Source: Frankiales bacterium (GTDB lineage: Bacteria; Actinomycetota; Actinomycetes; Mycobacteriales; SCTD01). Taken from it: DNA of 51,751 bases. This document shows positions 38,166 to 47,371 of this stretch, piece after piece. Below the pieces are notes generated by a model. The model was not told where the DNA came from. It did not search any database and saw only the letters and a list, made by a program, of their open reading frames with translations. The DNA lies in contig JAYTHS010000553.1 of assembly GCA_043732345.1 (NCBI GenBank), positions 1 to 51,751 of the forward strand. Reading direction: 5' to 3'. Made by a program: the position numbers and the translations under genes. Each line of letters starts with the position of its first letter. The first letter of the stretch is position 1.

Positions 38166-38936
38166 TCAGACGCCGACGGCTGAGAACCCACCGTCGACGT
38201 ACACGATCGAGCCGGTCGTGGCGGGGAACCAGTCCGACATCAGTGCGACGCAGGTACGGGCCACCGGCTCGGGGTCGTTGACGTCCCACCCGAGCGGGGC
38301 ACGCTCGGACCAGGCGGTCTCGAAGGTCGCGAAGCCCGGGATCGCCTTGGCGGCCATGGTCTTGAGCGGACCGGCGGCGACCAGGTTCGCCCGCACCCCG
38401 TGCGGGCCGAGGTCCCTGGCCAGGTAGCGGTTCGCGCTCTCCAGCCCCGCCTTGGCAACGCCCATCCAGTCGTACGCCGGCCAGGCCACGCGCGCGTCGA
38501 AGTCCAGCCCGACGTACGACGAGCCGGGGGCGAGCAGCGGCAGGCAGGCGCGAGCCAGGGCCGGGTAGCTCCAGGTCGACACGTGCAGGGCGGTCCCGAC
38601 GTCCTCCCAGCTGGTGTCCAGCACCCCCTGGCCGAGGGCGGAGGGGGGCGCGAAGCCGATGGCGTGCAGCACCGCGTCGAGTCCGTCGACGTGCTCTCGG
38701 ACCCGCTCGGGCAGCAGCTCGAGGTCCTCGGGGGCGGTGACGTCGAGCTGGACGACCGGGGGGCTGCCCGGGAGCCGACGCGCGATCCGGGTCGTCAGGG
38801 ACAGCGCCCGACCGAAGCCGGTCAGCACCACCGTGGCACCCTGCTCGGCGGCGAGCCGGGCCACCGAGAAGGCGATGGAGCGCTCGGTGAGCACCCCCGT
38901 GACGAGCAGGCGCTTGCCCTCCAGCAGGCCGGTCAC
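38166..38936 (-). CDS. fabI: enoyl-ACP reductase (NADH), FabI/InhA
   Basis: 256 aa. GKRLLVTGV...SIAF cofactor motif. Catalytic Y...MGVAKAGLE. C-terminal ...GSIVYVDGGFSAVG. Confidence 0.9.
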   Translation of the reverse strand: MTGLLEGKRLLVTGVLTERSIAFSVARLAAEQGATVVLTGFGRALSLTTRIARRLPGSPPVVQLDVTAPEDLELLPERVREHVDGLDAVLHAIGFAPPSALGQGVLDTSWEDVGTALHVSTWSYPALARACLPLLAPGSSYVGLDFDARVAWPAYDWMGVAKAGLESANRYLARDLGPHGVRANLVAAGPLKTMAAKAIPGFATFETAWSERAPLGWDVNDPEPVARTCVALMSDWFPATTGSIVYVDGGFSAVGV

Positions 38937-39712
38937 GGGGTCTCCAGGTGGTCGGCGAGGACGCGCTGCGCCTCGCGGGGGGCGGTCCAGAACACGCCGG
39001 CCTCGGGCAGGACGTGCAGGTGGGACGCGGGCAGGGCGGCAGCAAGCTCCTCGGCGACGTCGAGGCGGTGCAGGGGGTCGGCCTGCTGGGCGAGGACCAG
39101 CGCGGGCGCCGACACCCCGGCCAGCACGGAGCGGTCCCGCAGCGGACGGTCATCCAGCCGGGGGAAGGGCGCGGGTCGCTCGACCAGGGTCAGGGCCCGT
39201 CGTCGTACCAGACTCGCGACTCCGCGCCGTGCCTGCACCTCCTCAGGGAGCTCGCCGAGGAGCAGGGCTGCGACCGCGTCCGGGTCATCGCCGTCGATGG
39301 CATGGCCGAGCTGCTGCAGGCGCTGGGTCGCCCCGTCGGCGCGGGTCGCGTCGATGGCCGCCGGCAGGACGAGGACGATCCGCTCGAACCGCTCGGGGTC
39401 GCGGGACAGCGCCCGCAGCAGCGCGCCGGCGCCGAGGGACAGCCCGACGGCCCGAGTGGCCCCGACCTCGTCGGCGACAGCGAGCAGGTCGTCGGCGAGC
39501 AGGTCGTAGTCCCACCCTCCGGGCAGCGCCCCGCTGGCGCCGTGCCCGCGGAAGTCCAGCAGCACGCGGGTACCGGTGACCCGGGTCGCAAGCGGTCGGG
39601 TCTCCGCCGTGGAGCCGCCCAGCCCGTGGGCGAAGACAGTCACGGGGGCCCCTGCCCCCAGGGCGCTCCAAGCGACCTCGCCGGTCCGGGTGGGCAGGGC
39701 AGCCATCGTCAC
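38933..39712 (-). CDS. alpha/beta hydrolase
   Basis: 259 aa. ...VFAHGLGGS..., nucleophile elbow GLSLGAG. 4-nt overlap with fabI. Confidence 0.75.
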   Translation of the reverse strand: MTMAALPTRTGEVAWSALGAGAPVTVFAHGLGGSTAETRPLATRVTGTRVLLDFRGHGASGALPGGWDYDLLADDLLAVADEVGATRAVGLSLGAGALLRALSRDPERFERIVLVLPAAIDATRADGATQRLQQLGHAIDGDDPDAVAALLLGELPEEVQARRGVASLVRRRALTLVERPAPFPRLDDRPLRDRSVLAGVSAPALVLAQQADPLHRLDVAEELAAALPASHLHVLPEAGVFWTAPREAQRVLADHLETP

Positions 39713-39755
39713 GTGGCGACCATCGTCACGCAGCGACCCTGGCCGTGCGGTCCGC

Positions 39756-41147
39756 TCACAGGGGACCGTTGGGGCGGCTGCCGCGGCGCTGTGGCAGCTC
39801 CGCGAGGGTGCGCACGAGTTCCGACCGCGTGTCGCGGGGCTCGACGACGCGGTCGACAGCCCCGCACTCCAGCGCCCGCGTCAGGCCGCCGGTCGTGGCC
39901 TCGTGGTCGGCGGCCAGGCGGAGCACCAGCCGGGCCCGGGCCTGCGGGTCACGCTCGGCCGCGAGCTCCCGGCGGTGCAGGACCTCGACGGCCGCCGAAG
40001 CGCCCATGACGTCGACCTGCGCTCCCGGCCAGGCCAGGACCAGGTCCGCGCCCAGGCCCTTGCTGCCCATTGCGATGAACGCGCCACCGTAGGCCTTGCG
40101 CAGCACGACGGTCAGTCGCGGGACGGTGGCACCGGCGTAGGCGTGCAGGAGCTTGGCACCTCGGCGAAGGACGCCGAGGTCCTCCTGGGCGACGCCGGGC
40201 AGGTAGCCGGGGACATCCACGAGAAAGATCAGCGGCAGCCCCATGGCGTCGCACCACTGCACGAAACGCCCTGTCTTGTCGCCTGTCTCGGCGTCCAGGC
40301 AGCCCGCGATCCGCTGCGGGTCGTTGGCCACCACGCCCACGCTGCGACCTCCGAGCCGACCGAGGAAGGTGACGGCACTCATCGCCCAGTCGGCGTGCAG
40401 CTCGAGGTGGGAGCCGGGGTCAAGCAGCGCCTTGACCACGGGACGCACGTCGTAGGACTGCCGGTCGTTGGTGGGGACCAGCGACCCAGGGTCGCGGTCG
40501 TCGTCATCGGCGAGGCGGACGTCGACCTGGCCCTGGGCACCGACGAGCCCCACCAGGCGCCGTGCGGCGTAGAGCGCCTCGTCGTCGGTCGCGGCCGCGA
40601 GGTGCACGACCCCGGACAGCCGACCGTGGGTGTCCGGCCCGCCGAGCCGCTCCATGTCGACGTCCTCGCCGGTGACCCGACGCACGACGTCGGGTCCGGT
40701 GACGAAGATGCGCCCGCGCGGGCCCATGATCACAACGTCCGTGAGCGCCGGGCCGTACGCCGCACCGCCGGCCGCCGGGCCGAGCACGACCGAGACCTGC
40801 AGGACCTTGCCACTGGCCCGGGTCTGCGCCACGAAGATCCGGGCGACCCCGTCAAGACCGCTGACGCCCTCGCGGAGGCGAGACCCACCTGAGTGCCAGA
40901 CCCCCACGATGGGGATCCCGAGCTCGACGGCCCGGTCGGTGGCGGCGGCGATGGCTGCGCTGCTGGCCACACCGAGCGCACCACCCTGGACCGTCGGGTC
41001 GGTGGCGAACGCGATCACCTCGGTGCCGCGGATGCTTCCCTGGCCGACGAGCACGCCGTCGGCCTCCTCCAGCACGCGCCAGCCGTCGAGCAGGGTGGCC
41101 AGTCGCTGGGCGCACAGCGTGGTCAGCGCCGGGGCAGTGGTCGTCAC
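39756..41147 (-). CDS. accD6: acyl-CoA carboxylase carboxyltransferase beta subunit (AccD6-like)
   Basis: ORF 39756..41795, start re-set to GTG 41147 (GTGA overlap with the KS stop). Carboxyl_trans blocks ...VWHSGGSRLREG...GPAAGGAAYGPALTD... and ...PLIFLVDVPGYLPG...KAYGGAFIAM... Its position directly after the FAS-II KS matches the mycobacterial kasA-kasB-accD6 order. Confidence 0.85.
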   Translation of the reverse strand: MTTTAPALTTLCAQRLATLLDGWRVLEEADGVLVGQGSIRGTEVIAFATDPTVQGGALGVASSAAIAAATDRAVELGIPIVGVWHSGGSRLREGVSGLDGVARIFVAQTRASGKVLQVSVVLGPAAGGAAYGPALTDVVIMGPRGRIFVTGPDVVRRVTGEDVDMERLGGPDTHGRLSGVVHLAAATDDEALYAARRLVGLVGAQGQVDVRLADDDDRDPGSLVPTNDRQSYDVRPVVKALLDPGSHLELHADWAMSAVTFLGRLGGRSVGVVANDPQRIAGCLDAETGDKTGRFVQWCDAMGLPLIFLVDVPGYLPGVAQEDLGVLRRGAKLLHAYAGATVPRLTVVLRKAYGGAFIAMGSKGLGADLVLAWPGAQVDVMGASAAVEVLHRRELAAERDPQARARLVLRLAADHEATTGGLTRALECGAVDRVVEPRDTRSELVRTLAELPQRRGSRPNGPL

Positions 41148-42352
41148 CGGCACAGCACCAGGGAGACGTCGTGCCCACCGAAGCCGAAGGACGTCGACAG
41201 CGCCGCGTCGTGCTGCAGCCGCCTGGGCTCCAGCCGTACGACGTCGAGATCGGCCTCGTCGTCGAGGTTGTCCAGGTTGCGGATCGCGGGGACCAGCCCG
41301 TCGCGTAGGGCCAGCACGGTCGCGACGGCCTCCACGGCCCCGGCCGCGCCGAGCAGGTGGCCGGTGCAGGACTTGGTGGCCGTGACGGCAGGCCGGTGGT
41401 CGCCGAGCGCCGTGTGCAGGGCCCTGACCTCGGCGACATCGCCGAGCGGGGTCGAAGTCGCGTGAGCGTTGACGTGCCCGATGTCGGTCGCCGTCAGCCC
41501 AGCGTCGCGCAGTGCCAGGACGATGCTGCGCGCCGCTCCCTGACCGGATGGGTCGGGCGCGGTCACGTGGTAGGCGTCGGAGGTTGTGGCCGCTCCGGCG
41601 ACCCAGCCGTGGATGCGTGCCCCGCGGGCCCGGGCGTGCTCCTCGGTCTCGAGGACGACGATGCCGGCGCCCTCGCCGAGCACGAAGCCGTCGCGGGCTT
41701 TGTCGTAGGGACGGCTGGCTGCCTCCGGCTCGTCGTGCCGGGTGGACAGCGCCCGCATCTGGGCGAACCCAGCCAGCGGCAGCGGGTGGACGCACGCCTC
41801 GGAGCCCCCGGCGACCACGACGTCGACGCGCCCGCTGCGCAGCAGGTCCAGGGCCTGGGCAATCGCCTCAGCCCCAGACGCGCAGGCGCTCACGGGTGTG
41901 TGCACCCCACCCCGGGCACCAAGCTCGAGCCCGACGGTCGCCGCGGGGCCGTTCGGCATGAGCATCGGCACGAGGTGCGGCGAGACCCGGCGGGGGCCGG
42001 ACTCCCGCAGCACATCGGCCTGCCCCAGGATCGTCAGCGCCCCTCCGATTCCGGACCCGACGATGACGGCGAGCCGCTCAGGCTCCACCTCGGGACTGCC
42101 GGCGTCTGCCCACGCCTCCCTGGCGGCGACCAGGGCGAGCTGCTGCACCCGGTCCAGGGTCCGGGCCTCGACCCGGTCGAGGCGCCCGGTTAAGTCGACG
42201 GTCGCCGCGAGGCGGGCCGGGAGCTGGTCCCACGGCTCGCCCTCGAGCAGCCGCACGCCGGAGCGCCCGCTGAGCAGGCCCTCCTGGAGTGCGGCCACAT
42301 CGGGGCCGAGGGGCGTGACAGCACCGAGCCCGGTGACGGCGACCGAGGTCAC
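41144..42352 (-). CDS. fabF: beta-ketoacyl-ACP synthase II (KasA/FabF), housekeeping FAS-II
   Basis: PVSACASGAEAI, SDAYHVTAPDP, VNAHATSTPLGD, SFGFGGHD. 4-nt overlap with acpP. Confidence 0.92.
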   Translation of the reverse strand: MTSVAVTGLGAVTPLGPDVAALQEGLLSGRSGVRLLEGEPWDQLPARLAATVDLTGRLDRVEARTLDRVQQLALVAAREAWADAGSPEVEPERLAVIVGSGIGGALTILGQADVLRESGPRRVSPHLVPMLMPNGPAATVGLELGARGGVHTPVSACASGAEAIAQALDLLRSGRVDVVVAGGSEACVHPLPLAGFAQMRALSTRHDEPEAASRPYDKARDGFVLGEGAGIVVLETEEHARARGARIHGWVAGAATTSDAYHVTAPDPSGQGAARSIVLALRDAGLTATDIGHVNAHATSTPLGDVAEVRALHTALGDHRPAVTATKSCTGHLLGAAGAVEAVATVLALRDGLVPAIRNLDNLDDEADLDVVRLEPRRLQHDAALSTSFGFGGHDVSLVLCR

Positions 42353-42603
42353 GCAGGCACCGAGGCGGTGATCAGCGCCACGGCGTCTCCGACGGTGCGC
42401 AGGGCCTCGAGCGCCTCGTCCGGGATGCGGACGTTGAAGCGCTCCTCGCAGGCGACCACGACCTCGACCATGGTGAGGCTGTCGATCTCGAGGTCGTCGC
42501 CGAAGGCGGCGCTGGGCACGACCTTGTCGACGGGGGTGCCGGCAACCTCGTCGAGGATCTCGGCGAGCCCGGCGAGGACGTCCTGGGAGGTGGCGGTGGT
42601 CAT
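42349..42603 (-). CDS. acpP: acyl carrier protein (housekeeping AcpP/AcpM)
   Basis: 84 aa. FGDDLEIDSLTMVEVVVACEERF. Confidence 0.9.
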   Translation of the reverse strand: MTTATSQDVLAGLAEILDEVAGTPVDKVVPSAAFGDDLEIDSLTMVEVVVACEERFNVRIPDEALEALRTVGDAVALITASVPA

Positions 42604-42669
42604 GGGTCGGCTCCTAGTCGATCGGGTGGTGGTGCGGATCAGGGGCGTACGGATCAGGGGACGTGCGGA

Positions 42670-43620
42670 TCAGGGACAGCGGACGACCTGGCCCGCGGCC
42701 GTGAGGCCAGCACCGAAGCCCAGCAGCAGCACCGGGTCACCGGTGCTCACTTCGCCGCGCTCCACGAGGCGGGCCAGGGCCAGGGGCACCGAGGCGGCGC
42801 TGGTGTTGCCGCTGTCGACGACGTCGCGGGCGACGACGACCGCGTCGCTCAGCTTGAGCGACTTGACGAGCGACTCGGTGATGCGCAGGTTGGCCTGGTG
42901 CGGGACGAAAGCGGCGAGGTCGGAGACCTCCAGACCTGCACGGTCGCAGGCCTTCCGGGCGACAGAGGGCAGCGCGGTCGTGGCCCAGCGGTAGATCGCC
43001 CGCCCCTCCATGGCCAGTCGCAGGGGGGTCCCCCGGATCGCCAGCAGTCCGGCCTGGGCGCCGTCGTGGAGCCAGACCACGGGCCCCACCCCGTCGGGGC
43101 CGTCGCCCTCGACGGCCTGGACGACGGCCGCACCGGCGCCATCTCCGAACAGGAACGCCGTGCCCCGGTCGTCGTGGTCGACCATGTCGAGCAGCCGCTC
43201 TGAGGCCGTGACGAGGACGGTGCGGCTGCTGCCGGCGCGGATGCTGTCCGCGGCAAGCGCGAGGGCGTAGGTGAACCCGGCACAGCCCGCGCCGATGTCG
43301 GAGGCGCCGGCCGAGGTGGCCCCCAGGCGGGCGGCGACGGCGGGAGAGCCGCCGGGCAGCGGTCCCGGCATGCTGCACGTCGCGAGCAGGACGAGGTCGA
43401 CGTCACCGGGTGCGACCCCGGCGGCGGCGAGCGCCTTCCCGCCTGCGGAGGCGGCCATCTCAACGACCGTCTCGTCGGGGGCGGCAACGCCACGGGTCAC
43501 GATGCCGCTGCGCTCCCGGATCCACTCGTCCGACGAGCCGATCCGGTCGCAGATGGCGGTGTTGTCCTCGCGATGGGCGGGACGGTGGGCGCCGACGCCG
43601 GTGAGGGCGACGCGCCTCAT
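42670..43620 (-). CDS. fabH: beta-ketoacyl-ACP synthase III
   Basis: Catalytic GAGCAGFTYAL, VPHQANLRI, GNTSAAS. 316 aa. Confidence 0.9.
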   Translation of the reverse strand: MRRVALTGVGAHRPAHREDNTAICDRIGSSDEWIRERSGIVTRGVAAPDETVVEMAASAGGKALAAAGVAPGDVDLVLLATCSMPGPLPGGSPAVAARLGATSAGASDIGAGCAGFTYALALAADSIRAGSSRTVLVTASERLLDMVDHDDRGTAFLFGDGAGAAVVQAVEGDGPDGVGPVVWLHDGAQAGLLAIRGTPLRLAMEGRAIYRWATTALPSVARKACDRAGLEVSDLAAFVPHQANLRITESLVKSLKLSDAVVVARDVVDSGNTSAASVPLALARLVERGEVSTGDPVLLLGFGAGLTAAGQVVRCP

Positions 43621-44495
43621 GCCGTCACCAGGGCGAGGTCGTCAGTCGTCTTGAGCATCGTGACCGAGGTCCCGGGCAGGCCGCGCCTGACGAGGGGCCC
43701 GAGCGTCCCCCCGGGGGCGAGCTCGACGAGGCGTCCTGGCTGGCGGGCACCGATCTGCTCCAGGCACAGGTCGAAGCGCACCGGCGAGGTGAGCTGCACG
43801 ACGAGGCGCTCCAGCAGCTCACCACCATCGATGAGGACGGCGCCGTCGGCGTTGGCGACGACCCCGCACAGAGCGGTACGTCGCGGCAGGTCGGCGAGCA
43901 GCGCCCGAAAGGGTTCGACGGCACTGCGCATGGCGCTGGTGTGGAACGCACCCGCGACGTCGAGCCGGCGTACCCGGACCCCCGGGGGCGGGTCGGCGGC
44001 CAGCGCATCCAGGGCGGCGACGGGGCCACCCACGACGACGTGTCCGGCAACGTTGACGGTGGCGAGCTCCAGGCCCGGCCGGTTCGGGACCGACGTGGCG
44101 CCGAGCAGGGCGGCCATGCCGGTGGGAGCGGTGACGGCCGCCGCAGCCATCGCCCGGCCGCGCCCGGCCGCGAGCACGACAGCCTCGGCGTCGGTCAGGA
44201 CCCCGGCGAGGGCGAGAGCCGCGAGTTCTCCGACGCTGTGGCCGCACACCAGACCCGGCGTCTCTCCGGCGAGTAGCGCCCGACCCGACAGCACGGCGGC
44301 GGCCACGAGCAGCGGCTGGGCCATGGCCGTGTCACGAAGCTCCTCGGCGCCGGCAAGGGTGCCCAGGCGCAGCAGGTCGAGGTCGGTGGCGGCGGACCAC
44401 AGCGCGAGGTCCGCGGCCGCCCCGGGGCTGTCGATCCACGGCGACAGCAGGCCGGGGGTCTGGGAGCCCTGTCCGGGCGATAGGAGAACAAGCAC
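43617..44495 (-). CDS. fabD: malonyl-CoA:ACP transacylase
   Basis: SPGQGSQ, GHSVGELAAL, ...AGAFHTS... Confidence 0.9.
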   Translation of the reverse strand: MLVLLSPGQGSQTPGLLSPWIDSPGAAADLALWSAATDLDLLRLGTLAGAEELRDTAMAQPLLVAAAVLSGRALLAGETPGLVCGHSVGELAALALAGVLTDAEAVVLAAGRGRAMAAAAVTAPTGMAALLGATSVPNRPGLELATVNVAGHVVVGGPVAALDALAADPPPGVRVRRLDVAGAFHTSAMRSAVEPFRALLADLPRRTALCGVVANADGAVLIDGGELLERLVVQLTSPVRFDLCLEQIGARQPGRLVELAPGGTLGPLVRRGLPGTSVTMLKTTDDLALVTA

Positions 44496-44572
44496 GTCCT
44501 CAGACTCCCCCAGCCGGTGGCCCTAGTCGCCTCCGGCGCGGACCGAACCGCTCCGTCTTCCTTGGAGGAAAC

Positions 44573-45703
44573 CTACAATCCCTCGGCACGCGCCAGGACG
44601 AGGGCCAGCCAGACGACCTGGGCGCCCCTGGGTTCGGCAACGTCGTGGCCGAGCAGCTCGGCCACCTTGCGAAGCCGGTAGCGGACGGTGTTCGCGTGCA
44701 CGAACATCACCCGGGCCGTCGCCTCGATCGATCCCCCCGTGTCCAGGAACGCCGAGACCGTCACGAGCAGGTCGCCCCCGGCAGCGGCCAGCGGTCCGTG
44801 GACCTCCTCCAGCAGCCGGAGCCGGGCACTCGGGTCGCCGAGCACTGCCCGCTCGGCCAGCAGGTCCCGGGACCACACAGGACGCGGCGCGGCGGGCCAG
44901 GCGGTCACGGCCGCCAGCCCCGCGAGGGCCTCGGCAACGCACGACGCGGCCTCGAGCAGGTCCGCCACCACGGGACCGACGACGACCGGGCCGTCGGGCA
45001 GGGCCGCGGCGAGCTGCTGCACGGCCGAGTCGACCGAGCCCGAGCCCCCGACGACGACGATGAGCCCGCCGCCGCCCTCGCCGGTGAGCACGGACAGCCC
45101 GCTGTGCCGGGCGTGGACACGCAGGTCCTCCAGGTGCAGCTCCACCTCACCGCCGGGGGTGGTGGCCGCCAGCGCCGTCACCCACTCGGGGCGGCGCCAG
45201 CCGAGTGACGTCGCCCGTGACAGGGTCAGGTCGCCGACCCGGTCCTGGACGAGGGCCTCGACGACCCCGGCCTCGACCCGGGCGTCCCAGGCCCCGCGGG
45301 CCTCGGCCGTCGCCGCGTAGACCTCCGCCGCGGCGAACGCCACCTCCCGGCTATAGCGCAGCACCGCCTCGAGCACCTCCTGCTCGCCCCCGGGCGGTGC
45401 GAGACGCGGGGCCTCGGTCTCCATGACCCCGACGACGACCCGGATCAGCTGGACGGTCTGCTTGAGGCTCACGACGCGGGCCAGCTCCCGCGGGGCCACG
45501 TTGAACACCTCGGCGGAGACGGCTGCCGAGGTCCCGTCCTCGGCGAGCCAGGCGACGAACGCACCGATCCCGGCCTGGACGACCAGCCCGACGTCGGCGC
45601 GCTGCGAGGCCGACAGCGTGCCGAACCACGGCAGCGTGTCCATCTGCCGGACCGCCTGGCCCGCGAGCCGGGAGGACGCCCGGCGGAGTCGGCTCGCGCT
45701 CAC
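44573..45703 (-). CDS. PucR-type transcriptional regulator in the position of the actinobacterial fatty-acid-synthesis regulator (FasR-like by synteny)
   Basis: C-terminal PucR HTH ...SIEATARVMFVHANTVRYRLRKVAELLG... Lies immediately upstream of fabD-fabH-acpP-fabF, as described for Streptomyces coelicolor FasR. Confidence 0.75.
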   Translation of the reverse strand: MSASRLRRASSRLAGQAVRQMDTLPWFGTLSASQRADVGLVVQAGIGAFVAWLAEDGTSAAVSAEVFNVAPRELARVVSLKQTVQLIRVVVGVMETEAPRLAPPGGEQEVLEAVLRYSREVAFAAAEVYAATAEARGAWDARVEAGVVEALVQDRVGDLTLSRATSLGWRRPEWVTALAATTPGGEVELHLEDLRVHARHSGLSVLTGEGGGGLIVVVGGSGSVDSAVQQLAAALPDGPVVVGPVVADLLEAASCVAEALAGLAAVTAWPAAPRPVWSRDLLAERAVLGDPSARLRLLEEVHGPLAAAGGDLLVTVSAFLDTGGSIEATARVMFVHANTVRYRLRKVAELLGHDVAEPRGAQVVWLALVLARAEGL

Positions 45704-45846
45704 CGGGACCGGCTCCTGTCGCCTAGCTCGGCCACCACCCCGCGGACGCCCCGGCCGGGGTCGGCCGGCAGGGCGTCACCGGCTGCGGACCGGGCCGCCT
45801 GCTGCCAGGCCGCCTGCTGCTGGGCCGCGTCGTCCGGGGTGCTCAC
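45700..45846 (-). CDS. candidate 48-aa small ORF translationally coupled to the FasR-like gene
   Basis: Below the ORF-track length cutoff. My translation is VSTPDDAAQQQAAWQQAARSAAGDALPADPGRGVRGVVAELGDRSRSR*. GC3 is about 44/47 codons. The TGA overlaps the regulator GTG as GTGA. No obvious SD. Confidence 0.3.
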   Translation of the reverse strand: MSTPDDAAQQQAAWQQAARSAAGDALPADPGRGVRGVVAELGDRSRSR

Positions 45847-45984
45847 CCGTGGAACGTAACGCGGCCCGGCGGGAGAGGTCAGGCCTTACCGGCCGACACG
45901 TCCAGCGTGCGATGGCCGGGGCGGCCAGGGGTCCTCCGGGTAGGTGATTGCGTGTGCAACGACCCTACAAAACTGGTTGCGCGA

Positions 45985-47349
45985 TCAACCACCCGCCCGC
46001 CGGGCCTCGCCCTCGCCGTGTCCGAACAGCTGCGCGGCGCACTGCTGGACCGCGATCGACCAGGACGGGTAGGCGTGCGTGGTCTGCGCCAGCCGGCCGA
46101 CGAACATGCCCGTCGCCATCGCAAGGGCGACCTCGGCGATCAGCTCGCCCCCGCGGGGACCCACGGTCGTGGCGCCAACCACCCGGCCGCCGCCGAGGTC
46201 CCGGGTCAGGGCCTTGGGCCCGACGACCAGCTTCACGAAGCCCTCCGTGCGCCCGGAGGTGATGCCCCGATCGACGTCGGCCATCGACAGCTCGACGACC
46301 CGGGCCCCCGGGACCCGCTCGGCGGCCTGCGCCTCGGTCAGTCCCACCCGACCCACCTCCGGGTCGGTGAAAGTGACCCAGGGGATGGCAGCGTCCTTGA
46401 ACCTGGCCCCGGGCCCGCGGGCGAAGGCGCTGGTCCCGACCAGGCGGCCCATCACGTCGGCGGCGTGGGTGAACGGGAGCTTTCCCGTCACGTCGCCCGC
46501 TGCCCACACGCCCTTGGCCGTCGTCCTGAGCCGGGAGTCCGTGACGACGGCTCCCCTGTCGTCGACGGCGACGCCTACCCGCTCCAGGCCGATGCCCTCG
46601 GTCACCGGCCGCCGCCCGACGGCGACCAGCAGGTCGCTCGCGGTGATGGTGCTGCCGTCCGCGAGGGTCAGGCGCACCCCGTAGGGCACGGCGTCGACCC
46701 GCTCCACCCCGGCGCCGGTCCGGACGGTGACGCCGTCCGCCTCGAGGGCAGCCTGGACGACCCGCGACGCCTCCGGCTCCTCCTTGGCGAGCAGGCGGTC
46801 GCCACCCTCGACCACCGTCACCTGGCTGCCGAGCCGCCGGAACGCCTGGGCCAGCTCGCAGCCGATCGCACCACCCCCCAGCACCGCCAGGTGCCGAGGC
46901 AGGTCCGGGACCCCGAAGACGGTCTCGTTGGTCAGGTGCGGGACGCTCGCCAGCCCCTCGATGCCCGGCACGACCGGAGCGCTGCCGGTTGCCAGGACGA
47001 CCCGTCCGGGACGCAGCACCGTCCCCTCGACGTCGACGGTCAGCGGGCCGGTGAAGACCGCCCTGGCCCGGCGGACCTCGATGCCCTGGGCCCGCAGGAC
47101 CTCCTCGTCCTCCGTCGCGGCGATCCGCTCGATCGCGGCGGCGACCTGTGCGACCGCCTTCGAATACGGCGTCCCGGCTGCCGCAGCCGCAATCAGCGTC
47201 TTGCTGGGCACGCAGCCGTTGAAGGTGCAGTCGCCGCCGGGCCGGCCTTCTGCGACGAGCAGGACGCTGTGACCCGCCCGTCGGGCGGTCCGGGCCGCAG
47301 CCATCCCCGCGGTGCCGGCACCGATGACGAGCAGGTCCGGGTCAGTCAT
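45985..47349 (-). CDS. FAD-dependent pyridine nucleotide-disulfide oxidoreductase (dihydrolipoamide dehydrogenase / mercuric reductase-like class I)
   Basis: ORF 45985..47760, start re-set to ATG 47349 (MTDPDLLVIGAGTAGMAAA). Redox-active GGDCTFNGCVPSK. Second Rossmann motif LAVLGGGAIGCE. Dimerisation-domain H..PS.S near the C-terminus. Confidence 0.85.
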   Translation of the reverse strand: MTDPDLLVIGAGTAGMAAARTARRAGHSVLLVAEGRPGGDCTFNGCVPSKTLIAAAAAGTPYSKAVAQVAAAIERIAATEDEEVLRAQGIEVRRARAVFTGPLTVDVEGTVLRPGRVVLATGSAPVVPGIEGLASVPHLTNETVFGVPDLPRHLAVLGGGAIGCELAQAFRRLGSQVTVVEGGDRLLAKEEPEASRVVQAALEADGVTVRTGAGVERVDAVPYGVRLTLADGSTITASDLLVAVGRRPVTEGIGLERVGVAVDDRGAVVTDSRLRTTAKGVWAAGDVTGKLPFTHAADVMGRLVGTSAFARGPGARFKDAAIPWVTFTDPEVGRVGLTEAQAAERVPGARVVELSMADVDRGITSGRTEGFVKLVVGPKALTRDLGGGRVVGATTVGPRGGELIAEVALAMATGMFVGRLAQTTHAYPSWSIAVQQCAAQLFGHGEGEARRAGG

Positions 47350-47371
47350 GCCGCACCGTAACGTGCAGCCC

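Noticed and set aside
44496-44572. A FasR operator in the fabD leader
   Set aside because: This is a plausible location, but I could not identify a convincing inverted or direct repeat by eye, so no site is called.
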